Assembly (NCBI GenBank): GCA_038227875.1 | Contig: JBBRPR010000075.1 | Location: 1-39,187, forward strand | DNA length: 39,187 nucleotides | Origin: Planctomycetota bacterium | GTDB lineage: Bacteria; Planctomycetota; SZUA-567; H5-PLA8 | Direction: 5' to 3' | Shown: piece after piece, positions 8,993-19,900 of the stretch | How the letters are laid out: every line of letters begins with the position of its first letter | Numbering within the stretch: position 1 is the stretch's first letter | The notes under the pieces: model-generated | What the model saw: only the letters and a program-made list of their open reading frames with translations | Databases searched by the model: none | What the model was told of the DNA's origin: nothing | Position numbers and translations under genes: made by a program

Positions 8993-10588
8993 ATGCGCGT
9001 CCGACACTCACCACTGGCCCTGCTGGCTATTGCGGCATGGTTTTCAGGCACACTGACGCTGTCGCCCGCCGCTGAAGCCGCGCCGGACGCAACGCCATTA
9101 CCGTTTGGCGCAATCGCGAAATTCAAAGCCAGTGAAAATAAAGGAGAGACGCGCGGCATCTTTTCCAATTCCGGCGAATTGCTTGCCGTGGGCGGCGCCA
9201 ATCACACGACGCTCTGGAATCTGCAGACAGGCGCCCCGACCCTCGATCTGCCCGGCGAAACAATGCTCGGTGCCTCCGCCCGCCTGCGCTGGCTCTATCT
9301 TAACAACGGAACCGGCAAGTCCGGTTATCGCCTGATGAACGTCGCCGTAACCCCGGCCGTCCAACTGCCTGCCACGGTCGAAGCGGGATATACGGCCTTC
9401 TCTGCCAATACGAAATTATTCGCTTTCGTCGACCGCAATCAGAACATGACCCTCTACCATGCCGCCCCGATAGAAGCGGTGGGAAAGTACATTTTCGCCG
9501 GCGATAGCACCGTCCCCTGTGCACTCTGCTTTTCGCCCAACAGCAAGGAATTGGCAGCCGCGATCGGCTCGATGTTCAAGCTGATCGAAACCTCCACCGG
9601 CAAGATTCTAATCGAGGACCGGAACTTCCCCGGTGGCGGCTGTAGCGTGTTCTCGCCCGACGGTAAAACTCTGGCCCTCTCGACCAGTTCCAATGAGGCC
9701 AAAGACCCGAAGATTTCGCTCTACGACGTGACCACGCACAAAGTACGCTTCTCTTTTGGCGCGGATTTCGGTTCAGAGTACCTCGCGTACCTGCCGGATG
9801 GCATGGCGCTGGTCTACCGCGGTAAGTTCAATACCAGCCACGCCGGTGAACTGCGGATCTGCGACGCGGAAACCGGTAGCCCGTTTGCCTCACTGGCGAT
9901 TCCCGAGAGCAAGGTCTCCGGCTTTTCCGTCTCGCCCAACGGCAAGTTGCTGGCCGCCGGCGACGACCAGGGCACGCTTTACCTATGGGACATCGGTCAG
10001 CTGATCCTCAAGACCGATCCAGCACCGGCGGACCCAAAGACAGCCGATCTCGAACCGCTCTGGGCCGTGTTGACGGGAAAGGATTCCGGCGCCGCCTACC
10101 GCGCCATGTGGAAGCTGGCTTCGTGCGGCGACGCCGGTATCAAGTTTTTGGAAGGTAAATACAAGACACTCCCGCGCAACCAACCGAAGATCGACAAGCT
10201 GATTGAAGGACTCGACAGCGAACTCGAGCCTACCCGCGCCGCCGCACGCAAGGAGCTGGCAGCGATGGGCGATCCGATCATCGAGGATCTGCGCAAAGTC
10301 GTCGACGGCCCGGTTCGTCCGCATGCGAGAACAGAAGCCAGTACCGTATTGGCGCAGATTGATCTACCGGACGCACCGCCGATCCCCAAGACACCGGAAG
10401 AACTGCAGCACGTGCGGGGAATTCTTGCGCTGCAGCTTTCCGGCAGCACCGAAGCGCGCGCCGTACTGGAGAAACTAGCCGGCTCCGCCGCCGCACCCGC
10501 CGAACGCCACCACGCCCGCCAAGCCTCGGCCGTGGCCTCACGCACAGTGGAACTCGCGCAGACCCTGCGCGCACCGCCCGGAAAGTGA
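8993..10588 (+). CDS. Secreted WD40-repeat protein with C-terminal HEAT-like region
   Basis: Signal peptide; repeats FSPNSKELA, FSPDGKTLA, VSPNGKLLAAGDDQGTLYLWD; C-terminal LWAVL...AYRAMWKL...LIEGLDSE...RAAARKEL; GGAGG RBS. Confidence 0.88.
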   Translation: MRVRHSPLALLAIAAWFSGTLTLSPAAEAAPDATPLPFGAIAKFKASENKGETRGIFSNSGELLAVGGANHTTLWNLQTGAPTLDLPGETMLGASARLRWLYLNNGTGKSGYRLMNVAVTPAVQLPATVEAGYTAFSANTKLFAFVDRNQNMTLYHAAPIEAVGKYIFAGDSTVPCALCFSPNSKELAAAIGSMFKLIETSTGKILIEDRNFPGGGCSVFSPDGKTLALSTSSNEAKDPKISLYDVTTHKVRFSFGADFGSEYLAYLPDGMALVYRGKFNTSHAGELRICDAETGSPFASLAIPESKVSGFSVSPNGKLLAAGDDQGTLYLWDIGQLILKTDPAPADPKTADLEPLWAVLTGKDSGAAYRAMWKLASCGDAGIKFLEGKYKTLPRNQPKIDKLIEGLDSELEPTRAAARKELAAMGDPIIEDLRKVVDGPVRPHARTEASTVLAQIDLPDAPPIPKTPEELQHVRGILALQLSGSTEARAVLEKLAGSAAAPAERHHARQASAVASRTVELAQTLRAPPGK

Positions 10589-10619
10589 CCGCCCTCCCCA
10601 CACCCTTTGAGTGAATCGG

Positions 10620-11390
10620 TTATGTGCTCAAATCCGGCGCAAGCGCAAAGCCGCCGTCGAGCCGCACCAGACTGCCAGTCATGTACGAGGACTCGTCCGT
10701 GGCCAGGAATGCAGTCATGCGCGCGGCTTCTTGCGGGTCGCCGGCGCGACCCATCGGGATGCCCACCTTAGCCTGCTCCTGAATCTGTTCGGCGCTGTAG
10801 AATTTTCGCTCGCCATCAGTATTGAACCAGCCGAGCACCACGCCGTTGACGCGAATTCCGTCGCGCACGGTCGCGCGAGCGAGATGATGAACCATGTGGT
10901 TCAGCGCCGCTTTGCTCAGCCCGTATGCAAAGCCCGTGGGATTTACAAATTCGCCTTGGTTGGAGCTGTGGATTATCACACTTCCCGGCGCTTTCGCCTT
11001 GCGCCGCGCTTCGACGAATAACTTCGCGAGCTGAAAGTTGCCCGTTACGTTCACGCGCAATGTTTTGTCCAGAAGGGCGAGATCGGTTTCATCAAAGCGC
11101 GCTTTTTTCTGAAATGCGGCGTTGAGAATCAGGACGTCAATGCCACCGCTTTTCAACGCTTCGGCCCAGAGCCGTTCGAGATCAGCGGGCTCGCCCATGT
11201 CGGCGGCGATCATCGTAGCTTTGCCGCCAGCCGCACGGATGGCGGACTCGGCATTTCGTGCGGCCGCGTCATCGTGAATGTAGCTCCCGATGATTTCGCC
11301 GCCCTCCGCGGCAATCAATTCCGCGCAAGCGCGGCCAATGCCTTGACTCCCACCCGTAATCAAGACGCGTTTGCCTGTGAAGCGACCCAT
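10620..11390 (-). CDS. SDR-family NAD(P)-dependent oxidoreductase
   Basis: TGGSQGIG, LILNAA, YGLSK (YxxxK), GIRVNGV, SSYMTGSLVRLDGG; AAGGAG RBS before ATG 11390. Confidence 0.93.
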   Translation of the reverse strand: MGRFTGKRVLITGGSQGIGRACAELIAAEGGEIIGSYIHDDAAARNAESAIRAAGGKATMIAADMGEPADLERLWAEALKSGGIDVLILNAAFQKKARFDETDLALLDKTLRVNVTGNFQLAKLFVEARRKAKAPGSVIIHSSNQGEFVNPTGFAYGLSKAALNHMVHHLARATVRDGIRVNGVVLGWFNTDGERKFYSAEQIQEQAKVGIPMGRAGDPQEAARMTAFLATDESSYMTGSLVRLDGGFALAPDLST

Positions 11391-11406
11391 GCTTCTCCTT
11401 CTCCTT

Positions 11407-12573
11407 CTATTTTCGAACGATGAAATCCTTACGCTCATACGCTGTGGCCACCAGCCGCGCCAATTGCGAATCGGCGCTCAACCCGCAGAATTTCGCGAGC
11501 GCCGCCAGCACTCCATCCTTGGCTGTGAGTTCGCGCACCTGCTTCGTCCCGGTATCATCTGAACCGTCGTAAGCAATTGCCGCGGCAATCGCGGTCGCGT
11601 AGCCGACAGGCGGTTTGCCGTGCTTTAAGCTAAGCGTCGCCGGACCGAGCAGCCGTTCACGCGAGCCCAGCTTTCGCGCGCTGTCGCGAGCGTTGCGCTC
11701 GATCGCGTCGGCCAACGCCGGATCACGGTATTTGTGCCAGGCGAGTTGCTGAAACGCACGGTGCTCTTCCGGCTCGAAGCCAAATTCGTGGACCAGGCCG
11801 TGCGCAGACTCATCCATGATCCTGGCGAAGAGCGGCTGCAATTCCGGCGCGTTGGCCGATTCGTGGAGAAGTTTGTAACCATTCGCGTGACCGAGGTACG
11901 AGATCGGACCGTTGAGACCGTTGAAGGTGAATATCTTTCGCGTAAGCTCGTTGCCGAAATTGTGTTTTGGCTGCAGTCCTTCGATTTTCGGAATCGGTCC
12001 GCGGAACGCGTCTGCGTCACAGGGCAATGTCCACCAGTCATGCATCTTCAGCGCGAGCGGCTCGCGCTGGGCGATTTCCGGATCGGCCGGCATGCCTGTG
12101 CGCAGCACCTGTGTTTCGACGAGACCCAGCCGCGTGTTGCAGAACTCCGTGAACGCCGAATCCGCGCCATCCAGCAATGCGGTGAGCAGTGTCTTTCCCG
12201 GACCATCGGCGTTTTCGCAGATGAGCCAGTCGAGCGGCTTCGACAGATCGCGCTGCCGCAACAATGGCGCGAGCGTTTTGGCCAGCGGTACGAGATTTGG
12301 CGCACCAACAGCGCAGAACATCAGATTCACCTTCGCCAGCACCGACGCCGCCCCAGCTGCATCGGAGAGCAAGTGGGCCGACGCCACGGGGATGTACTCC
12401 GTCGCCTCCGGCCGCCCAGCGATGTCTACGCGGTAGCGCTTCTCGCGGTTGAGCAGGTCCACGACGATGGCGGCTCCGTCGAGAAAATGAAGCGTGAAGC
12501 CGCTGCGGTGCAGCAGCTGTCCCAGAAATCCGCGCCCAATTTTTCCGGCGCCACAGATCAGCACATCAGGCAC
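11407..12573 (-). CDS. Mannitol-1-phosphate 5-dehydrogenase-like (long-chain polyol dehydrogenase family)
   Basis: GAGKIGRGFLG, AVG, ICEN, RKIFTFNG, D..ERNARDSARKLGSRERLLGP; GTG start with GAGGAG RBS. Confidence 0.88.
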   Translation of the reverse strand: MPDVLICGAGKIGRGFLGQLLHRSGFTLHFLDGAAIVVDLLNREKRYRVDIAGRPEATEYIPVASAHLLSDAAGAASVLAKVNLMFCAVGAPNLVPLAKTLAPLLRQRDLSKPLDWLICENADGPGKTLLTALLDGADSAFTEFCNTRLGLVETQVLRTGMPADPEIAQREPLALKMHDWWTLPCDADAFRGPIPKIEGLQPKHNFGNELTRKIFTFNGLNGPISYLGHANGYKLLHESANAPELQPLFARIMDESAHGLVHEFGFEPEEHRAFQQLAWHKYRDPALADAIERNARDSARKLGSRERLLGPATLSLKHGKPPVGYATAIAAAIAYDGSDDTGTKQVRELTAKDGVLAALAKFCGLSADSQLARLVATAYERKDFIVRK

Positions 12574-12585
12574 TCGTCTCTCCTC

Positions 12586-14043
12586 TTATTGCGTCGTAAT
12601 TCCCAGCAGACTTTGTATCAGTAGAAAATTCGCGTACTGCTCCGCGTAAACTTCGGAGGTAATCGGATCGGGGTCGACGCGCGTCGAAGCGAGCAGCGAC
12701 TTCAGCGGCGTGGCGTCGGCGCCCACCGTATTCATCGCGTGTCGAATGCTCCCGATCAGCGCAAGGTCGCCGGCGGTCATGATCTCCAGCGGCCGATTCA
12801 ACACGGCGGCGCGAATGCGATTCCACAGGGCGTTGGCGGCACCGCCGCCCGCCACGAGGAACCGCTGCGGGATCGGACGTTCCAGTGCTTCGGCGGCCTG
12901 TCGCCGCGTGTAGGCGATGCCTTCCAACAGTGCGCGCAACAGATGCGCGTCGCGATGATGGGTGCGCAGCCCGACAAAAGAACCGGTCAGTTCGCTGTTC
13001 CAGAGCGGCGCGCGCTCGCCGCCAAAGTAGGGCAAACAGATCAACCCGTCGCAGCCAGGCGAAAGCTCCGCGGCTGCATGGGTGAGGCGATCAAGATCGG
13101 CATCCATATTTCGGCCGAGCGCCGACCTGAGCAGCCACTTCACGCTGTTGCCCCCGGAGGCCGAACTGCCGTACACAATCCAGCCATCACCGAGCCGCGC
13201 GCGTACCATTCGGCCAGGTGGCGTGGAGCGGCGTTGCGTTTCGAAGACGCCGAGCACTTCGGAAGTGCCGGTCAGCAGTAGCCCGTCGCCGTCGCTCGGA
13301 AACAAGCCGAAGAGCGCCGCGTGTGTGTCCATCAAGCCCACATGAACCGTCGTCGGCGGCAACCCGAATTCTGTGCAAAGCGTCGCGAGCATTGCCGCGT
13401 GCCCGTGCGGATCGAGTTTTGGAAGGCGCTCCGCGCTCAGACCGACGAAGTTCAAAACCTCTGGCGCGTAATTCCACGAATCTTGATGGACCAGGCTGAT
13501 CTGGCTGCTGGGATGACTGAGGCCGTTGCCTGTCAGCCGCCGGAAGACAGCGTCTTGAATTTGCAGCACTGTCGCTTTGTCGTTTGGATGAGCTTGTGCG
13601 TGGCCGCGGGCCTTTACCGCCAGCCACGTCGTTACGACCGGGAGACAGGTGCCGAGCATTTTCTCCGCGCCGCCCTTGCCGAAAAATTCCTGCATGGGTT
13701 TGAGCGCATCGCGGCAGGTTGTATCCATCCAGATGGGATAGTCGTCGTCCATCGGTGCGTCGGTGCGCTCATCCCAGCGCAGCAAGCTCGACACCTGACC
13801 GCACAGTCCGAGATGCAGTTCGTGAATCTGATGAGTCTGACACCAGGCACCAATGGCGCGAAGCAACTCGCGTACCGCTGACCATTGCGCCCCAAACGAA
13901 CAGCGCGCCACGCCGTTGGCCGCGACATCGACCGTGTTGGGCTGATCGCTGATGACGCGAAGTCGTGGCGCGGCGCCGCTCATGTCCAGCACGCCTGCGC
14001 GCAAGCGGCTGGTCCCGAGATCCAGCGCCGCAAACCCGGTCAT
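12586..14043 (-). CDS. FGGY-family carbohydrate kinase (xylulokinase-like)
   Basis: LDLGTS, CGQVSS, IWMD, GLMDTHAA, TGTS, LPYFGGERAPLW, RALLEGIAY, GGGAANALW. Start overlaps the upstream stop (ATGA). Confidence 0.9.
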   Translation of the reverse strand: MTGFAALDLGTSRLRAGVLDMSGAAPRLRVISDQPNTVDVAANGVARCSFGAQWSAVRELLRAIGAWCQTHQIHELHLGLCGQVSSLLRWDERTDAPMDDDYPIWMDTTCRDALKPMQEFFGKGGAEKMLGTCLPVVTTWLAVKARGHAQAHPNDKATVLQIQDAVFRRLTGNGLSHPSSQISLVHQDSWNYAPEVLNFVGLSAERLPKLDPHGHAAMLATLCTEFGLPPTTVHVGLMDTHAALFGLFPSDGDGLLLTGTSEVLGVFETQRRSTPPGRMVRARLGDGWIVYGSSASGGNSVKWLLRSALGRNMDADLDRLTHAAAELSPGCDGLICLPYFGGERAPLWNSELTGSFVGLRTHHRDAHLLRALLEGIAYTRRQAAEALERPIPQRFLVAGGGAANALWNRIRAAVLNRPLEIMTAGDLALIGSIRHAMNTVGADATPLKSLLASTRVDPDPITSEVYAEQYANFLLIQSLLGITTQ

Positions 14044-15185
14044 GTCGATTTACTCCGCAACTCCGCCGCGACCCGTTCGACGAGCTTGAACAGCGCTTCG
14101 TCCGGCGTGAGTTTGCAGACATTGTTGAGCACATTGGTCAGCGAGCCGTGGCGTTCCAGCAGCGACGATTTGCCTTCATCACGAAAGTGCGCGGCCGAGA
14201 CAATGCCTCGAGCCAGCGCGAGCGGTTCACGGCCCGCCTTCAACGCAAGCAGCGCTGGACCCACCAGGCGATCGTCTCGCGCCAGTTTTCGAGCGGGATC
14301 GGCGGCATTGCGTGAAATCGGGTCGGGAATCGATTCGTCCTGGAATTTTCCCATCGCCGCGTCACGCCAGCGGTCTTGTTCGGCACTGTCAAAGCCGTAG
14401 GCGGCAATCAGTCCGGCACCCGCCTCATCGCCTGCCTGGATCGCCAGCGGCGCGATGCGCGCATCACGTGCGGCACACGCGAGGTCCGCGTGGCCGAATT
14501 CCGCGCCGAGATACGAGATCACGGCGTTGATGCCATTGTAGGTGAAGATTTTTCGCGCGAGTTGATTACTGAACTTCGTCAGTGGCTCGAGACCTGCAAT
14601 GGGAGGAATGTCGCCGACAAATGCGTCGCGATCGCAAGGCAGGCGGAACGCGTTTTGCGCGCGGACTTCCAAGCGGTCGTACTTTGCGTCTGCGGGTCCA
14701 AGGCACGTGGTCAGGACCATTCCTTCGCTAAAGCCCGTGCGCGAGAGAATTGCTGCGCGCGAGTCGACCGGAATTTCCGCGGCGATAACGTCGCGCAGCG
14801 CTTTCGCAGCGTTCGTCAGGTTTTCGCAGGTGATGATGTTCAGCGGCGCGGTGACGCCGGCATTATGTCGCGCGCGCAGTGCCTGCGCCAACGCAGGTGC
14901 AAGCGATGGAAAATTTGTACCGACGATAGCCGTAAAACAGACAGTGGCTTTGGCAAACGCGCCATGCCAGGCCGTCGAATTCAATGCGCTCGACTGTTGC
15001 GGATGCATGCGCTTCGCTTCACCGCCGAGCACCGTGAGCGTGTAGCCGTTCGCTTGCGACAGGGCTTCGATCAACACCGCGTCGCGGTCGACCAGCACGA
15101 ATGGCACGCCGCTGTTGGCGCACAGCGCTGCCGCCAGTCCGCGCCCCGTCCGTCCGGCGCCAAAAATGATTGCAGCATGTTCCAT
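14040..15185 (-). CDS. Second mannitol-1-phosphate dehydrogenase-like protein
   Basis: FGAGRTGRG, IITCEN, RKIFTYNG, DPISRNAADPARKLARDDRLVGP; start at 15185 is chosen, not certain. Confidence 0.85.
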   Translation of the reverse strand: MEHAAIIFGAGRTGRGLAAALCANSGVPFVLVDRDAVLIEALSQANGYTLTVLGGEAKRMHPQQSSALNSTAWHGAFAKATVCFTAIVGTNFPSLAPALAQALRARHNAGVTAPLNIITCENLTNAAKALRDVIAAEIPVDSRAAILSRTGFSEGMVLTTCLGPADAKYDRLEVRAQNAFRLPCDRDAFVGDIPPIAGLEPLTKFSNQLARKIFTYNGINAVISYLGAEFGHADLACAARDARIAPLAIQAGDEAGAGLIAAYGFDSAEQDRWRDAAMGKFQDESIPDPISRNAADPARKLARDDRLVGPALLALKAGREPLALARGIVSAAHFRDEGKSSLLERHGSLTNVLNNVCKLTPDEALFKLVERVAAELRSKST

Positions 15186-15331
15186 CGCAACGCAGCATAC
15201 GGAAAATGGATTCGAATGACAACGCACGGCGCGGCGCTGCTCGCTTATGATACACTCGAGCGTTCACCGATTGACAGAGTATGATTCGAGCCGAACATGG
15301 CGCGCTTTGATTGACAGGAGACTTCACTGAC

Positions 15332-16882
15332 ATGGCCAAATCGTCCGCCCGCATTCCACACCTCGATTTTTCCCAGGGCTGTGCACGCCTGATGGTCGAC
15401 GGCAAACCGTTTGTGATGCTTGGCGGTGAGCTCCAGAATTCCAGCGCTTCGGATTTGAATTTCATGGAAGCTGTTTGGAAGCGCATGGTCAGTCTGAATT
15501 GCAACACGGTTCTCGCGCCCATTTATTGGGAACTCTTCGAGCCGGAAGAAGAGAACTTCGACTACACGCTCGTCGAGGGGCTGCTGAAAGGTGCGCGCGA
15601 GCACGGCCAGAAACTCGTGCTGCTCTGGTTCGGCTCGTGGAAGAATGGCGAGTCGGCGTACGTTCCATCGTGGGTGAAGCTGGACTTAAAGCGCTTCCAG
15701 CGGTCCCAGACCGAACCGGGCGTGAACTGCCGCACTCTTTCGCCGCTGTGTGAAGCCGCGTGCAAAGCAGATCGCAAGGCCTTCCGCAAACTGATGAAGT
15801 ATCTCAAGAAGCACGACGGCGAGCACACGGTGATCATGGTTCAGGTCGAGAACGAAGTCGGGCAACTCGGTGCGTCGCGCGACATGAGCGCTGCCGCGAC
15901 GAAAGTTTTCAACAGTCCGATCCCTGAAGAGCTTTCAAAATACCTGAAGGACAAGGGCGCGAAGATGGTCGCCGACTTCCGCAAAAACTGGGAAGGCTAC
16001 GGCGCGAAAACCAGCGGCACGTGGCCGGAAGTCTTCGGCGCGAAGGCTCCGGAGACTTTCCAGGCCTGGTACATCGCCAGTTACATCGACAAGGTCGCGG
16101 CGGCCGGCAAAGACGAATACCCGCTGCCGATGTACGTCAACACGTGGCTGCATTATGGCCAGAAGCCCGGCCAGTATCCCAGCGGCGGGCCGACGTTCGA
16201 GATGATCAGCCTCTGGCAGGCGGCGGCGCCGCACATCGATTTCATCGCACCGGATATCTACGCGCCGGATTTTCGCGGCGTCTGCGCCGACTACACACAG
16301 GGCGGCAATCCGCTGATGATTCCCGAGGCCAACGCGCTCGGCGGTGACGCCAACGCGTTCTACGCCATCGCCGAACACAACGCGATCTGCTTTGCGCCGT
16401 TTGGGATCGATGGTCCGCACCCGTGGGGCATGCCGCACGAAAATCCCCGGTTGCCAGTGTCGTACAAATTTCTGACCAACATGATGCCCGTGATCACGCA
16501 GTACATGGGAACCGGAAAGATGCGCGGCATTCTTCAGCAGTCGGGAGAGAATAGCCACACGCTGGAGCTGGGAAAATACCGCATCAACATCACCTATCAC
16601 CGCAAGCCCGACGACCCGCGTGGCTTCGCACACGGCCTGATTATAAACACTGCTTCGGACGAGTACATCGTCGCCGGCGCTGGATTCACCCTGGAGTTCG
16701 CTGCCAAACCCGGCGAACCGCGCAACGTCGATTTCCTGAGCCTGGATGAGGGCTGGTTTGTGAACGGAAAGTGGAAGCCCGGCCGCCGCATGAATGGCGA
16801 CGACACGGTGAACTGCAAGTTTGGCTTCATGTACGAAACCGAGCCGTCGGTGCGCAAGGCCAGGCTGTATAGCTACGCCTAA
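15332..16882 (+). CDS. GH35-like beta-galactosidase with DUF5597-type C-terminus
   Basis: LMVDGKPFVMLGGELQNSSAS, WELFEPEEENFDY, LWFGSWKNG, MVQVENEVG, YPSGGP, APDIY, IPEA, WKPGRRMNGD; AGGAG RBS; no signal peptide. Confidence 0.88.
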   Translation: MAKSSARIPHLDFSQGCARLMVDGKPFVMLGGELQNSSASDLNFMEAVWKRMVSLNCNTVLAPIYWELFEPEEENFDYTLVEGLLKGAREHGQKLVLLWFGSWKNGESAYVPSWVKLDLKRFQRSQTEPGVNCRTLSPLCEAACKADRKAFRKLMKYLKKHDGEHTVIMVQVENEVGQLGASRDMSAAATKVFNSPIPEELSKYLKDKGAKMVADFRKNWEGYGAKTSGTWPEVFGAKAPETFQAWYIASYIDKVAAAGKDEYPLPMYVNTWLHYGQKPGQYPSGGPTFEMISLWQAAAPHIDFIAPDIYAPDFRGVCADYTQGGNPLMIPEANALGGDANAFYAIAEHNAICFAPFGIDGPHPWGMPHENPRLPVSYKFLTNMMPVITQYMGTGKMRGILQQSGENSHTLELGKYRINITYHRKPDDPRGFAHGLIINTASDEYIVAGAGFTLEFAAKPGEPRNVDFLSLDEGWFVNGKWKPGRRMNGDDTVNCKFGFMYETEPSVRKARLYSYA

Positions 16883-16910
16883 CGAACCGATGTCTCTTTA
16901 AGGGCGAGGT

Positions 16911-19900
16911 TTACTGCGCCTCGCCCTTTTTCCCGCTCAGTACGTCCCGCACGCGGACACTCAGTTTCCGGCTGGCATCTTCAACGGAGAGCGGGAACGC
17001 GTACGTTCCTTTGCCGTCGGGACCGGTGTTCACGTTGGCGCTTAGGTTTCGATCGGCCTTGCCGGTCGCGGCGTCGATGACTTCCACGCGCGCAACATGC
17101 GTGGCAAATGCCTTCGACGAGCCGGTCAGCTGCCAGCTCACAGTCAACATGCGGTCCTTGTTTTCAACGGTGACGGTCACTCCGTCCACGGTGTACGGCA
17201 GCGCGGCGATCGGGTAGCCATCGCCAGCCTGCATTTGCAGCGAAATCTTGCCATCCGTTGCAGCCAGAGGAACCTGCTTGCGAATGTCGTAGAATTTGAG
17301 CTTGCCCAGCGCGGAGACATCCACGGTCAGCGCTTCGATTTCCTTGCCGCCCTGCGCGTCAGCGACAGAGTGGATCACGCCGTCGGCGCCGACCACGTCT
17401 TTGAAGCCCACCGGATCGCGCACCAGCGTAACCACAGACGCGTCCGCGACTCCGGGTATAGCATGAACCGCCGCGGTTACGCCCTTTACCCGCGTGCCGC
17501 CATCACCAGCAATGCGCACCCATGGTTTTGGACCGGCCTTGCCGATGGCGCCGACCAAATCGGATTTTACGTCCGCGAACTTCACGACTTTGCTCGTAAA
17601 CGAGTCTGGCAGTTTCACGGGCTGTAGAAATTCATCGCACTTCACGGCGTCCGTTGCCACCACCAGGCCGCCACCCGCGATCAACTTCTCGAGCGCCGGA
17701 ACGGCGGCGATGCCGCCCTTCTTCGCGCCGGTGCCCAGCGACCAGGTCATCGGCAGGAACACGGCTTTCGTGCCGCGCTTTTCCAGTTCGCCGGCGGCGA
17801 TCATCTCTTCGGTGATGAAGTACGGATCGAATTCCGCTTCGTGGAGCGCGTTGACGACCTCGGCCTCCACTTTCTTGAAGTCTTCGAACTTGCCTTCCGA
17901 CCACGCCGCGCGCTGGCTGTTGATGCTCCACAGCACCGCAACAGGAGAGAAGCTCCGCCGCGTCGTCATGTACTGCTTGCCGATGCCCGCTTTCACTTCG
18001 TTGAAGACGCGCTGGTAGTCCTTGCCCGATTTGCAGAACGTGTGATCGGAATTTCGAATCGAATACCACCAGAACAAACCCATCCCGCTGCCGCCCGTTG
18101 TCAGGCTCGACCAGACCTGCTGATCGACCGAGCGCCCGCTACGTCCGTAGCCGCCCCACGGCGTCACGCGTAAGCCGCCAGGGTGGAAGCAATAACGCTG
18201 CAATTCCTGAAAACGCCCGCCGTAGCCGCTGACCGCACCGAACGTCGCGGAGAGTTTCGCCCAGTCGATGCCGTTGAAGATCGCCGATTCCTGCGTGCCG
18301 GAAACGGAAAGTCGTGTCGCCGGATCCTTCTGCTTCATCGCCTCGCCGTACATCTTGAACGCGCCGGTCCACATGTCGTCGTTGAACGAACGCCAGCTGT
18401 TGAACAGTCCGAAGTTCTTCGCTACCGCGGCTTCGGCCGCGGTGGGCGGCTGAACTTCCTCGAAGGATTTTACCGCGGTGCCGAGGGCCGCGTTCATGGC
18501 GTCGGGTGTTTCGAACTGCGCCTTCAGCTTCTCGCGGAACCTGGCGATGTTGGCGGGATGGAAATCGTAATCGAATTCCATCGTGTAACTGGTCAGCGCC
18601 GTCTCGTCGCTCATGATCATCGACAACGGCGCAAACTTCTTCAGTCCTTCCGCGTATTTTTGAACCTGCTCGCGCTCCTTCGCCACGAACGGTTCGTCAG
18701 AATATGACGGGTTGCGGACGAGGAACTTCTTGTCCTTCGTATCGTTGTACTTTTTCTGCGCGCCGTTGATGTCCTGCGGGTGCAGGCCCTGCGTCAATCC
18801 GCAGCCGTGCACGCGCATGCCACCGCGGAACAGGCGCTTGCAGGTCGTGTAATCCCATGGACTGACGGTATTGCACGTCAGCCCGAAATCGCGCATCCGA
18901 GTCTGCTCGTAGTCCTGCAGAAAAGGCAGCCCGCTCTCCAGCCACGTGTGGATCTGGTAATCGTCCCATTTGTTTTCCGGCGTGACGACAGTTTCACCGA
19001 GTCCCAACGCGACGCGCTGGCCGTCTTTCTTCGCTTCCACATTGATGCAGGCCATGTACTGCCGCACGCGCGCGGTCGGGAGTTCCACCGTCACTGCGCT
19101 CGCATCCTTTACGGTCGCGGGCACGGTCTCAAGCGTGCGCCACTGGTTATCGGCAACTTCGCCGAGCACCACCGACCACTCCGCGCCTTCCATTCCGGCC
19201 GGTGGCGTGAATGTGACTTTGATCGGCGCGCCAGCCTCGACGAATTCGGGCACCGTCAACGCGACTTTTTTCGGCTCCACTTTCGGTGGCGTGAACGACA
19301 ATTCCCAGTCGGTGACCTTCCCCGTTCCATCCTTCCACTGCTGCACGGCAAAATACGAATCGGCGTTCGCGCCTTCGACTTTCAGCGGCGTCGCAGCGCC
19401 CTCGCGCTTGAAGTCCCGGCCCGCGGCCCACGCAATCGCGCGATTCTCGAGGTTGTACCAGGTCTCCCAGAAGCGATACGGAATCTTATTGGCGCGATCT
19501 TCGGGTGTATTAATGATCGGCGTAAGCGAGACGGCGCGGTTGGCAAAGGTCACCACGCGCCCCTTGCCCACCTGCTTCACGGCCAGGACCGTTTCGCCGC
19601 TCTCCAGCGCCAGCAGCACTTCCGCGCCAGGCGCGACGGCGTACTTCTGCACTTCCATCCCTTTAAAGGGGAGCGATTCCAGCGGAATGCCGGCGGTGAT
19701 CGGATGATCCTTCGCCTTAACCCACGCCTTGCCTTCGATCCGGCCTTCGTTGGCGTAGCGGATGTCGCAGCCATCGCGGATCCAATCGGTGGAGCTGTCG
19801 ACCAGCGCGCAGACTTCCTTTAAATCCTCCGGCCACGGCTGATCCTTGTCGCCCGGGAACGGCATCACCATCACCAGGCCTTCGCCGTTTTCCTTTACGC

